64,000 bases of DNA from positions 160,001-224,000 of the forward strand of contig CAWCIZ010000003.1 in NCBI GenBank assembly GCA_963795855.1, written 5' to 3'. A model generated the notes under the pieces. It saw nothing but the letters and a program-made list of their open reading frames with translations, had not been told where the DNA came from and did not search any database. Made by a program: the position numbers and the translations under genes. This DNA is from Vulcanimicrobiota bacterium. GTDB lineage: Bacteria > Vulcanimicrobiota > Vulcanimicrobiia > Vulcanimicrobiales > Vulcanimicrobiaceae. Position 1 is the first letter of the stretch; every line of letters starts with the position of its first letter. Below, piece by piece: positions 11,601-19,477 of this stretch.

Positions 11601-13129
11601 CCCGCGGTTTGCGCGACGTCTTTATCCGCCGGAAGACCGAAGTTGTTGAGGTAGATGCAGAACGCGAGATGACGTCCGCTTCGCGTGGTCATATATCCCG
11701 CCAAACCTTTTCCCGATAAAAAGAAGCGAGCGTTCAGCATATCACCGTTTCCGTTCGTACCGGTTTTGGCATGTACGCGGCCGGCCGCGGGCGCGCCCTT
11801 CTGGATGTTGAACAGGGTTCCGTCCACGCCGAGAATCGGCAGACCGCGGTATACCGCATCGAAATATGGACGCGTCCGCAGATAAGCAAGATACCGAACC
11901 ATTTGCGCAGGTTGAAAGTACGCGTTCGCGCCTTCGCCGTCGTTCTGCACGAAATCAAGCGGATTCAATCCCGCGCCGGCAAGGAACGCGCGTTCCAGCT
12001 TGAAGCCCGCTCCCTGCGGATCCGTTTTATCGCGGGTCAACAACGCACCCCAAAGGAACGGCATGATCGCGGCATGCAAATTGTCGCTTACCTTCAGCGT
12101 AATTTTCACATCTTCGGAAAGCGGCGGCGAAACATGGCGCGCAATCTCGTTCGCTGCCGTATATACGGATGCAGCCGCGGCCGCGTTCGCCGGTTGATTC
12201 GGAGCGCTTGATTCTACGCGGACACCGGCGTCGTTTAACGCCTGAGCGAGCGCGATTTCCGCGAAGCGTTGCGGCGAAGGGACCGGATAGTCGTACAAAA
12301 TCGGATGCGAACCACTCGGGAAGTTGCCGCTAATGGTCACGCGACGGTTTCCGGCCGCGTCTGCCACGTCGGCCGGCATCGCGATCGTGTTTTCCGAATG
12401 CGGCGATCCGGTAGTGGCGTCGTTGACGAACGAAACGTACGCAGTCTGCGGCGAAACTGCGATTCGAACGGGATCGCCGGGCTTGTCGCCGGCACTTACC
12501 GTTACGTCGACGACGTTGTCGTTCACGACGACCGGCGCGATAGTCGTCCCGGTGCCGCTTTCCTGCGTCGTATCGGGAAAAAGCGAGTCATCCACGAGGA
12601 CGCTGCCGGTGATGCGTTTGATTCCGCGATTTGCGATCTGCTTTGCGAAATCACGCAGAACCGCCAGCGGATCGCCGGGCACCGCTTTCGTGTCGATGCT
12701 TCCGCCGTACGCATGATCCTCGTTTTCGAACGCGAGCGTTCCGTTCGGTTGGATGCGATTAGAAAGATCGGGATCGCCGGAAGCGCGAAGGATGACGTCG
12801 CCGTGCAGCGTTCCCGCGCCGTCGACGGTACCATTGCGATAGACCACCGTCGTGAAGCGGTAGCCGGGGCCGAGCAGCGCGAGGGAAGTTCCTTCGGTAA
12901 GAAGTTTCGTCGTAGAAGCCGCAACGAACGCTTTGCCGGCGTTCAGCGCATAAACGGTGCGGTGACGATCGAGGTCGTAAAACGCGGCGCCGAACTGCGA
13001 CGAGCGCAAGTCGGGGCGATTGACGATCGCATTGATTTGCGCACCGAATGTGCTCGGCTGCGCAGCGCCGACCGGAGAACACACGAATGCACCCAACAGC
13101 ACGGCGCACAGCAAAATCGCACGGTTCAT
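11555..13129 (-). CDS. dacB: D-Ala-D-Ala carboxypeptidase/endopeptidase, PBP4 (peptidase S13), secreted
   Basis: Signal peptide MNRAILLCAVLLG; SxxK (ASTTK), SxN (SDN), KTGT and GDP motifs; RBS AGGAG. Confidence 0.9.
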   Translation of the reverse strand: MNRAILLCAVLLGAFVCSPVGAAQPSTFGAQINAIVNRPDLRSSQFGAAFYDLDRHRTVYALNAGKAFVAASTTKLLTEGTSLALLGPGYRFTTVVYRNGTVDGAGTLHGDVILRASGDPDLSNRIQPNGTLAFENEDHAYGGSIDTKAVPGDPLAVLRDFAKQIANRGIKRITGSVLVDDSLFPDTTQESGTGTTIAPVVVNDNVVDVTVSAGDKPGDPVRIAVSPQTAYVSFVNDATTGSPHSENTIAMPADVADAAGNRRVTISGNFPSGSHPILYDYPVPSPQRFAEIALAQALNDAGVRVESSAPNQPANAAAAASVYTAANEIARHVSPPLSEDVKITLKVSDNLHAAIMPFLWGALLTRDKTDPQGAGFKLERAFLAGAGLNPLDFVQNDGEGANAYFQPAQMVRYLAYLRTRPYFDAVYRGLPILGVDGTLFNIQKGAPAAGRVHAKTGTNGNGDMLNARFFLSGKGLAGYMTTRSGRHLAFCIYLNNFGLPADKDVAQTAGQVLGEVANDAYLAF

Positions 13130-13139
13130 ATTTCGCTCC

Positions 13140-14585
13140 TCATAGCTGCTCGTACGCCGCGACGGCAATCGACGCAACCGCGTTACCGATTCCATCCGGA
13201 TCGCGTTCGTCCTCGAAGGGCACGTTCGAGAAAAATACGGCGAAGATGAGTTCCCGGCCGGAAGCCGCGGTTATGAATCCGGCTAACGCTTTCGATTCCA
13301 TGAGCGCGCCGCGCGCCAGCAGGTTGGTATACGAGAGTGTGCCGGTCTTGGCGCGAACCGCGCGAGCTGCTGCTGCGCCGGTATCGCGTTGAATGGCGTG
13401 CAGCGTTCCGTCGCAGCCGAGAATCGGTAAGGCGCGCAAAAGATGGTCGCCCCATGGCGCGTTTCGGACTGCCGCGAGGAATTCGCACATGAACGCCGGC
13501 GTGAAATGCGCTTTCGCGCCGCAGCCGTCTCCCAAGAATGCACCCGCGCCGGCAATGCCTGGAAACGGACAGAGCGGCAGACCGTTGGCTTTCAAAACGC
13601 GCAAAAGAACTTCCGCGTGAAGATTTTGGCTGACTTTGAGCACGACTCTAACCGCTTCACTCAAAGGCGCGGAACGATACGACGCGATGAGAACGCGAGC
13701 GCCGCCGTCGAATCCGCCTTGCTGCTCGACGGTAACGCCGGCCTCTTCGAGCGCTTGAACGAACAGCATGCGCGCAAAGATCGACGGTTCCGGCACGCGG
13801 TACACCAGCAATGTGGTGCAACCTGCGTCGATCTCGCCGCGCACTTCGAGCGTTCTAACTCCTTGTTCGCAGATGCCGCGTTCCGCAATCGTCAGAGCGG
13901 TTCGCCCGCTGCCGGGCTCGACCGCCACGGCATTGTTGACGACGGTGAAACTGCGCGCAGCGGGGCTGACCGCAATATGCGGCGGCTCACCAATTCTCGA
14001 AGCCGCGACTCGAACATCGACGAGATTGTCGTTGACCACGAACGGCGAGATCGCCGTGTGGGTACCGGCTTCGAACTCGCCTTCACTGAAGAGCGACGCA
14101 TCCGCGAGGACCCTCCCGCGCACGCGCTCGATTCCGCCGGCCGCGACGGCGCGCGCCAGTTCCCGCAATACGCGCACCGGATCGCCGGCAATGGTGTCCG
14201 CGCCGGGGTAATACCCCGCCAGCGCATGATCGACGTCGCAATAGCGCAGCTTTCCGCGGTCGTCGGCCCGTGCCGAGAGATTCGGATCGCCGCCGGCTCT
14301 CAGAATGAGATCGCCGTGCAGCGTCCGTTCGCGATCGACGCGGCCGGTGCGTGAAACGCTCGTTTCGAAGCGGTAGTCCGGTCCCAGCGCGGCGAGCGCC
14401 GCCGCACAGGTGAGAATTTTCGCGGTGGAAGCGCCGGGAAACAATTCATCGGCGAGCCGTTCGTACAGAACCTCGTTCGTACCGGCGTCGCGAATCTGTA
14501 CACCGATGCGCGAACCGCGCGAACTGTGCTTCGCCGCAAGCGATTCGACCGCGGCGGCGAACGCGGTGCTGAACTCGGTCATCAT
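13140..14585 (-). CDS. dacB: Second PBP4/S13 paralog with no evident signal peptide
   Basis: ASTAK, SQN, KTGT and GGDPNL motifs; colinear with the downstream paralog. Confidence 0.85.
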   Translation of the reverse strand: MMTEFSTAFAAAVESLAAKHSSRGSRIGVQIRDAGTNEVLYERLADELFPGASTAKILTCAAALAALGPDYRFETSVSRTGRVDRERTLHGDLILRAGGDPNLSARADDRGKLRYCDVDHALAGYYPGADTIAGDPVRVLRELARAVAAGGIERVRGRVLADASLFSEGEFEAGTHTAISPFVVNDNLVDVRVAASRIGEPPHIAVSPAARSFTVVNNAVAVEPGSGRTALTIAERGICEQGVRTLEVRGEIDAGCTTLLVYRVPEPSIFARMLFVQALEEAGVTVEQQGGFDGGARVLIASYRSAPLSEAVRVVLKVSQNLHAEVLLRVLKANGLPLCPFPGIAGAGAFLGDGCGAKAHFTPAFMCEFLAAVRNAPWGDHLLRALPILGCDGTLHAIQRDTGAAAARAVRAKTGTLSYTNLLARGALMESKALAGFITAASGRELIFAVFFSNVPFEDERDPDGIGNAVASIAVAAYEQL

Positions 14586-14734
14586 TGGCTTTCGATGCGT
14601 TTCCACGCATCACGATCCGCCCCTGGCGATATTCTGATGTTTAAGACGAAATATCGCCGGCAAAAAAAACCAGCGCCTACAAGATACCGCCGGCTTGGTT
14701 TCGGCGCTCGAAGTCGCGTATCAACTTTCGGGAG

Positions 14735-15274
14735 GTGTCTCGCATGGTGACATGGCCGATACGCGCGTGGTGCACAGCGGGCGTCGCGCTTTCGATGATC
14801 TCCTTCGCGGTTGCAAGCGCGGCAACCGTACCGAAAGCGACCGGAGCCAGAATGTGCGTGCTCGCGCGAGCGGATTTTCGTCCGTTCGGGACGATCGTGT
14901 GGACGAAACCGAAGATCAACGTCGACACCGGTAATCAGAACGTCTATTGCGTTTATCGCGGACCCAGCGGTGCCAAAGGCGGCGTAGAATTGGACGTCTT
15001 CTATCCGGCCGGGCAAAACGCGGCTGACGTGGAGCAAACGTTCAAGACCGTTCTTGGATCGGACCCCGGCGCCAAATACATTCCCGAAGGCGTACCAGGG
15101 GCCGACGAATCAGTTTATTCGTTGAGCGTGCCGTCGCCGGGGTATTTTCCGTTTGCGGCCAATGCCGTGCGCCGCGGCGATCTCGTGTTCACGATTTCGC
15201 TGCCGTCTTCACCGATTTCCAAACTGGAAATGCTCAGATTGAGCCGGATCGTCCTCAGCCGCTTATCGCGTTAA
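14735..15274 (+). CDS. Hypothetical secreted protein
   Basis: Signal-like N-terminus; ends just before a strong terminator. Confidence 0.65.
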   Translation: MSRMVTWPIRAWCTAGVALSMISFAVASAATVPKATGARMCVLARADFRPFGTIVWTKPKINVDTGNQNVYCVYRGPSGAKGGVELDVFYPAGQNAADVEQTFKTVLGSDPGAKYIPEGVPGADESVYSLSVPSPGYFPFAANAVRRGDLVFTISLPSSPISKLEMLRLSRIVLSRLSR

Positions 15275-15285
15275 GCTCTAAACTT

Positions 15286-15317
15286 AAAAGGCTAGGCAGC
15301 GCGCCTAGCCTTTTTTT
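15286..15317. terminator. Bidirectional intrinsic terminator
   Basis: AAAAGGCTAGGC-agcgc-GCCTAGCCTTTT stem followed by a T-tract, between convergent genes. Confidence 0.85.
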
Positions 15318-15337
15318 CAACACGGTTTTTCGTGAAA

Positions 15338-15744
15338 TCAGCGGCGCTTGCGCGCGTTCGACTTTTTTGCGCCCTTGCGTGCGGGCGCGGCGGCTTTGCG
15401 CGGCGCAGCTTTTTCGCGCCGCCTTTACGAGCGGCCGGCTTCGCAGCTTTGCGAGAGCCGCCGCCTTTGCGCGACATCACGGCTTCCTTGAGCGCCTTCG
15501 CCGGCAAAAACTTGAACACGCGTTTCGCGGGAACTTTAACCGGTTCGCCCGTTGCGGGATTGCGTGCAACGCGCGCCGCCCGATCGCGCACTTTGAACTG
15601 CCCGAATCCCGGAATCTTCACGGCTTCACCGGAGCACACGGCGGCTTGAATATCTTCAAAGATGCCGTCGACCAATGCCACCGCGTCCCTGCGGGACATC
15701 TCGAAACGCTCCATTGCAGCGCGTACCAAATCGACTTTATTCAT
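15338..15744 (-). CDS. hup: HU family DNA-binding protein with a Lys/Ala-rich C-terminal tail; one indel near 15410
   Basis: MNKVDLV...VKIPGFGQFKVRDRAARVARNPATGEPVKVPAKRVFKFLPAKALKEAV; the tail KAAKPAARKGGAKK continues after a frame switch to ...KKSNARKRR*. Confidence 0.9.
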
Positions 15745-16119
15745 GGGCTCCTCTCATGCTGAATACCCGGCGCTCTTGCGCCTGTTTGGCCCTAAAAGTA
15801 TGGTTTTTTCGCAGTTTTTCCTTTGTTTCCGAAAACTTGCGAAATGGAAAGGTCGAGGTAGTTTGCTACTAGAACGCGTTCGCCTCCATGCGCAGCACAC
15901 GTGCTGCGCGCGCGAATTGTGATTCAGCAGGATTCGAGCGGGCGTTCCTGCGGCCGCCCTTGCGCTCAGCCGCCCGCGGGCGAACGCGCGTTTGCAGCGA
16001 TCGATTTTTACGCAGGCATCGACCTCGGCGCGGCTTTCACAATCACATTGCGAAGATTTCCGAATGTTCGGAGCGAGCTCGCGCAGCAAACTACGTCGCG
16101 CTGCTCAGCCGCAGCAGCC

Positions 16120-16317
16120 GGTAAAAACCGAGCAGGCCGGCGGAGAATCTCCGCCAGCCTCTCTGCCCGCACGTCATCGCCGCTTTTCCGCCGGATGTTT
16201 CGGACAGCCGTCCGCGCCCTGGGGGAAGGCCGCTCGCGGCCTCACATCCTTCGGATTCGGGATAACGACTCGTACCGTTCCGTTTCATCGTAGCGAACGA
16301 GTGTCCACAAAATAGCA
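16120..16317 (-). ncRNA. Candidate structured non-coding RNA (family unknown)
   Basis: Extended -10-like TGCTATTTT, several perfect stems including a multi-branch junction (16193-16249), and a terminal GC hairpin (G-U pair only on the minus strand) followed by a T-tract. Confidence 0.35.
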
Positions 16318-16389
16318 TGCACGCAGATCCGGCGCATGGGACGTTTGGGACGGGCGCCAAGGGCTTCCGCCCGCGAATTAGGACTGGTC

Positions 16390-16745
16390 CTAATCCGCGG
16401 CTTCGCGTTCTTCCTTGGCGGTCATGAGGCGATTGCCCAACTCGTCCAATTCGTCCTTATCGAAGAGTTTGCGCGCCATTTTGAACATGGGCCCTTTCTC
16501 TTCTTTGACATGGTGCTCGAAGAGTTTTTTGAGCACGCGCAACTCGGTCTGCAGGTCGCGTACGCGCCTGAATTCGGGATGGAAAGCCGTTTCCTCGATC
16601 TTCGAGCGAACCGTCAACTCCGCGACAATCTTTGAAAGATATGTTACGCTGCGCCCGCGCGCGCTCGCCGAGTCCTTCGACTTTTCCGAAGCGCGTTTTC
16701 CTTTTTTACGATCGGCTTTTCACAGTTTTGAAGCGCATCTAGAAC
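16390..16745 (-). pseudogene. Degenerate hemerythrin/HHE-domain gene
   Basis: ELTVRSKIEETAFHP and FEHHVKEEKGPMFKMARKLF match HHE motifs; the upstream part is frameshifted and the first-motif His appears replaced by Arg. Confidence 0.65.
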
Positions 16746-16792
16746 TGCCTACGTTGCGGCTGGCCGCTCGCTTAAGGCGTCCGACAAGAATA

Positions 16793-16820
16793 AAGAGAGC
16801 CGCGGGGAGTCGGCTCTCTT
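16793..16820 (-). terminator. Perfect 10-bp hairpin with a C-rich loop on the minus strand; terminator-like
   Basis: AAGAGAGCCG-cggggagt-CGGCTCTCTT, followed by TATTCTT on the minus strand. Confidence 0.6.
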
Positions 16821-17021
16821 ACTGCATTAGCGGTCTTCTGTGAAGATCGCCGCCAGCGAGTATTTCAATAATATCCGGCGCCGGGCGCTGCACCTACAAG
16901 CAAGCGCAAAAGATCTGGGACTTGGTATGCTGAAATACAGACGCTGGTCCACTTGGCTGCCATCATGCTGGTTAACCGCGGCACGCCTTTGGCGCTCGCC
17001 GCTCTGCTCTTATTCAGCGAT

Positions 17022-17062
17022 AAAAGGAACCGGGCTGGGGAGGCCGGTTCCTTTTCTTTTTA
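17022..17062. terminator. 12-bp hairpin with A/T tracts on both sides; bidirectional terminator-like
   Basis: AAAAGGAACCGG-gctggggagg-CCGGTTCCTTTT followed by CTTTTTA. Confidence 0.65.
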
Positions 17063-17119
17063 TAAGCGGCCCAGGCATCACCGTAGGTCTGGTTTAGGAG
17101 CCGGGCCCACTCAACTGCC

Positions 17120-17385
17120 GTGCTGTTCGCCGCGAAGTACTTTGCCGCGATCCCGTGCCCTTACGCTGTGTCGTGTCCGCGTATGGGATGTGTCTGCGCC
17201 AACGTACGCTTCAACGCGGTCGCCGTTCCGTTGGCTATGCCGCAACGGCATATCGTGTCGCGCATAGTTCCACAGTGGTTGTGCGTGGCGCTCATCTCTG
17301 TCGAGAAACTCGGAATGAGCGTAAAGAAAATCGACGGCCTCGCGATTTCGCAACCTTTTTTGCTTTTCTTCGCATGATAAGATAG
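17120..17385 (+). mobile_element. Probable highly decayed IS1595-family transposase N-terminal remnant
   Basis: KYFAAIPCPYAVSCPRMGC...QWLCVALISVEKLGMSVKK...LAISQ resembles the IS1595 zinc-ribbon/HTH N-terminus (RWPxGVxCP..C...KW...KxGISxxxL); no DDE core follows. Recognised by pattern only. Confidence 0.4.
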
Positions 17386-17388
17386 CCG

Positions 17389-17557
17389 CATGGCAAGGCA
17401 GCAGGCCGGAAGCGATCCCGGCGCACGCAAGTATCAACCCAGCTTCGAGTCCTTCGTCCAGAAGAATGCCGCCGTCCCCAAAGACGCGGTAGAGCAGGTT
17501 GAGGCGGAGAGGCCCAAGCGCGTTAAGCCCAAGCGCCGGTTAAAGGCCAAGAAGTGA
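17389..17557 (+). CDS. Small basic hypothetical protein (~55 aa; below the ORF-track cutoff)
   Basis: MARQQAGSDPGARKYQPSFESFVQKNAAVPKDAVEQVEAERPKRVKPKRRLKAKK*; its stop overlaps the next GTG start. Confidence 0.5.
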
Positions 17558-17739
17558 ATTTTTGGCTCTTTGCCATCCCCGCGCTGATCGCGCTCAGCGT
17601 TCTTATGTGGCTGCTGTCTCGCCGTAAAGTCGACGCGTTTTACGCAGAGCCGACCGGACAAGATGCGCCTAACCGTCTTTCTTTAGAGGACGAAGCCGAG
17701 GGCGGCCTTTTTAGCGCCATCCCGCGAAATACGCGCTGA
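17554..17739 (+). CDS. Small single-TM hypothetical protein
   Basis: MNFWLFAIPALIALSVLMWLLSRRK hydrophobic helix followed by basic residues; GTGA overlap with the previous ORF. Confidence 0.55.
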   Translation: MNFWLFAIPALIALSVLMWLLSRRKVDAFYAEPTGQDAPNRLSLEDEAEGGLFSAIPRNTR

Positions 17740-17781
17740 GCCCGGTCACCGCTTTTCAACGGAGGCTTGTTCGGTCGCGGC

Positions 17782-17835
17782 GTCAAGTATATAATGTCCC
17801 TTTTACTTGACATAATGTCGCGCACACGCTACACT
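17782..17835 (+). promoter_or_regulatory. Sigma70-type promoter with an overlapping inverted-repeat operator
   Basis: TTGACA (17807-17812), 17-bp spacer, TACACT (17830-17835); inverted repeat GTCAAGTA-N14-TACTTGAC (17782-17811). Confidence 0.75.
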
Positions 17836-17842
17836 CTCGCCT

Positions 17843-18262
17843 ATGCACAACCCTTCACGGGCCGCCAAGCCGCAAAACCCGACGGAGGCCGCCAAACGGC
17901 AGTACAAAGTCCGGTTCACGATCGCCATGATTGCGTACGTGGCAATCGTGATTCCGGTGACTGCGGCGGCGAACCACGCGGCCGGCCCCTGGAAGATCGT
18001 GCTGGCGTTGACGCCGCTGATACCGCTCGTGGTCGTGTTCGTATCCGCTGTACAGATGATTCGCGGCATCGACGAACTGGAGCGGCAGATCCACATCGAG
18101 GCGCTCGCAATCGCGGCCGGCGTAACGGCGCTGCTCGCGGTGACGTACGGTTTCCTGGAAGTCGCGCACTTTCCGCGTCCCAGCGCGTGGTTTACTTACA
18201 GCACCGTTTTGATCGCCTGGCTCATCGCAACGCCCTTTGTCTCGCGCAAATACAAAGACTGA
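17843..18262 (+). CDS. 4-TM membrane protein of the type paired with small XRE regulators
   Basis: Four hydrophobic helices; IDELERQIHIEALA motif; TGATG coupling to the HTH gene. Confidence 0.8.
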   Translation: MHNPSRAAKPQNPTEAAKRQYKVRFTIAMIAYVAIVIPVTAAANHAAGPWKIVLALTPLIPLVVVFVSAVQMIRGIDELERQIHIEALAIAAGVTALLAVTYGFLEVAHFPRPSAWFTYSTVLIAWLIATPFVSRKYKD

Positions 18263-18465
18263 TGAAAAACCGCATTCGCGTGCTGCGCGCGGAGCACGCG
18301 TGGTCTCAGGCGGAGGTCGCGGACCGGCTCGGCATCGCCAGGCAGACGGTGAATGCTCTCGAAACGGGCAAGTACGCGCCGAGCTTACCGCTCGCATTCA
18401 AAATTTCGAAGCTCTTCGGTCTGCCCGTCGAGCGCATTTTCGATCCCGCTTCCGGAGAGGAATAA
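18262..18465 (+). CDS. XRE/Cro-like HTH transcriptional regulator
   Basis: MKNRIRVLRAEHAWSQAEVADRLGIARQTVNALETGKYAPSLPLAFKISKLF. Confidence 0.93.
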   Translation: MKNRIRVLRAEHAWSQAEVADRLGIARQTVNALETGKYAPSLPLAFKISKLFGLPVERIFDPASGEE

Positions 18466-18468
18466 TCG

Positions 18469-19407
18469 ATGAAAGGCTTGATGTTCGCGAGTTTGTTCGC
18501 AGTAGGCGCGCTTTGTTTCGGCGCGCCCGCGCAGGCGAAGCTTCCGCCGGCGCTTCCGCCGCCAACCTCCACGTTCAACCAGGGAACCCTCCGTGTCGAC
18601 GTTTACGGAACGCCGAACAAACAAGCCCTGATCTTCATTCCGGGCCTCACGTGCGGTCCGTGGGAATGGAGCGGCGAGATCGCACGGTTCTCGCCCAATT
18701 ACACGATCTATGCGCTCACGCTGCCGGGGTTCGATGGGCAGCCCGCGGTTGCGGGGCCGCTGTTCCCGAAGGTTACGTCCGATTTTTGGAATCTTCTGCA
18801 AGCGAAGAACATCACCAAACCGATCGTGATCGGTCACAGCCTCGGTGGAACGACCGCGATCATGCTGGCCGAACAGCATTCCGATCGGCTCGCCGGAATC
18901 GTTGCGGTCGACGGCCTGCCGATGCTTCCGGGCATAGAAACGATGACGCCCGCGCAACGCGAGCAATCGGCGGATCAGCTCGCGTCCATGATTGCTTCGG
19001 CGTCGACGCCGGCTGCATTCGAAGCCGCTGAAAAAGCGTACGTACTGCCATACATGATCACGGCGCCGCAAGACGTCGCAGCGGTTGCACCGCTCGTCGC
19101 GCGCAGCGATCCGAAAGCTTCCGCCGCGTGGATGAAGGAAGACATGCTACTGGATCTGCGTCCGCAGCTCACAGCGGCGACGGTCCCGGCGCTGGAAATC
19201 GCGCCTTTCGATCCGCAACTCGATCCGCATGCACCGGCTAAGTTCTCGACCGCCGCACAAAAGCAAGCGTACTACACCACGCTGCTCAAAGGCTATTCCG
19301 CCGCAAAAGTGCAGATCGTCCAGCCGTCACGCCACTTCATCATGTACGATCAGCCCGCCGCGCTCGATGCGGCCATTACCCAGTTCATACAGCAACTTCA
19401 CCCATAA
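18469..19407 (+). CDS. Secreted alpha/beta hydrolase
   Basis: Signal peptide; FIPGL, LPGF, nucleophile elbow GHSLGG, RHFIMYDQP. Confidence 0.9.
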   Translation: MKGLMFASLFAVGALCFGAPAQAKLPPALPPPTSTFNQGTLRVDVYGTPNKQALIFIPGLTCGPWEWSGEIARFSPNYTIYALTLPGFDGQPAVAGPLFPKVTSDFWNLLQAKNITKPIVIGHSLGGTTAIMLAEQHSDRLAGIVAVDGLPMLPGIETMTPAQREQSADQLASMIASASTPAAFEAAEKAYVLPYMITAPQDVAAVAPLVARSDPKASAAWMKEDMLLDLRPQLTAATVPALEIAPFDPQLDPHAPAKFSTAAQKQAYYTTLLKGYSAAKVQIVQPSRHFIMYDQPAALDAAITQFIQQLHP

Positions 19408-19477
19408 GTGCAAACCGCCGGCCTGAGAGCGGGTCCTAGGAGATGACACGCTCTCTCGCCGAAGCCCAATTTACTCC

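Noticed and set aside
16193..16249. Hammerhead or HDV-like ribozyme (stem-GAAAC, three-stem topology, C-rich loop)
   Set aside because: The CUGANGA core is absent, the would-be cleavage triplet is GUG, and an HDV-type P2 cannot be formed. Kept only as an unclassified structured-RNA candidate.
17782..17800. GTCAAGTATATAATGTCCC as the right terminal inverted repeat of the IS remnant
   Set aside because: The only candidate partner (GGGACTTGGTATG near 16917) matches poorly, and the sequence is better explained as the operator/promoter of the downstream operon.
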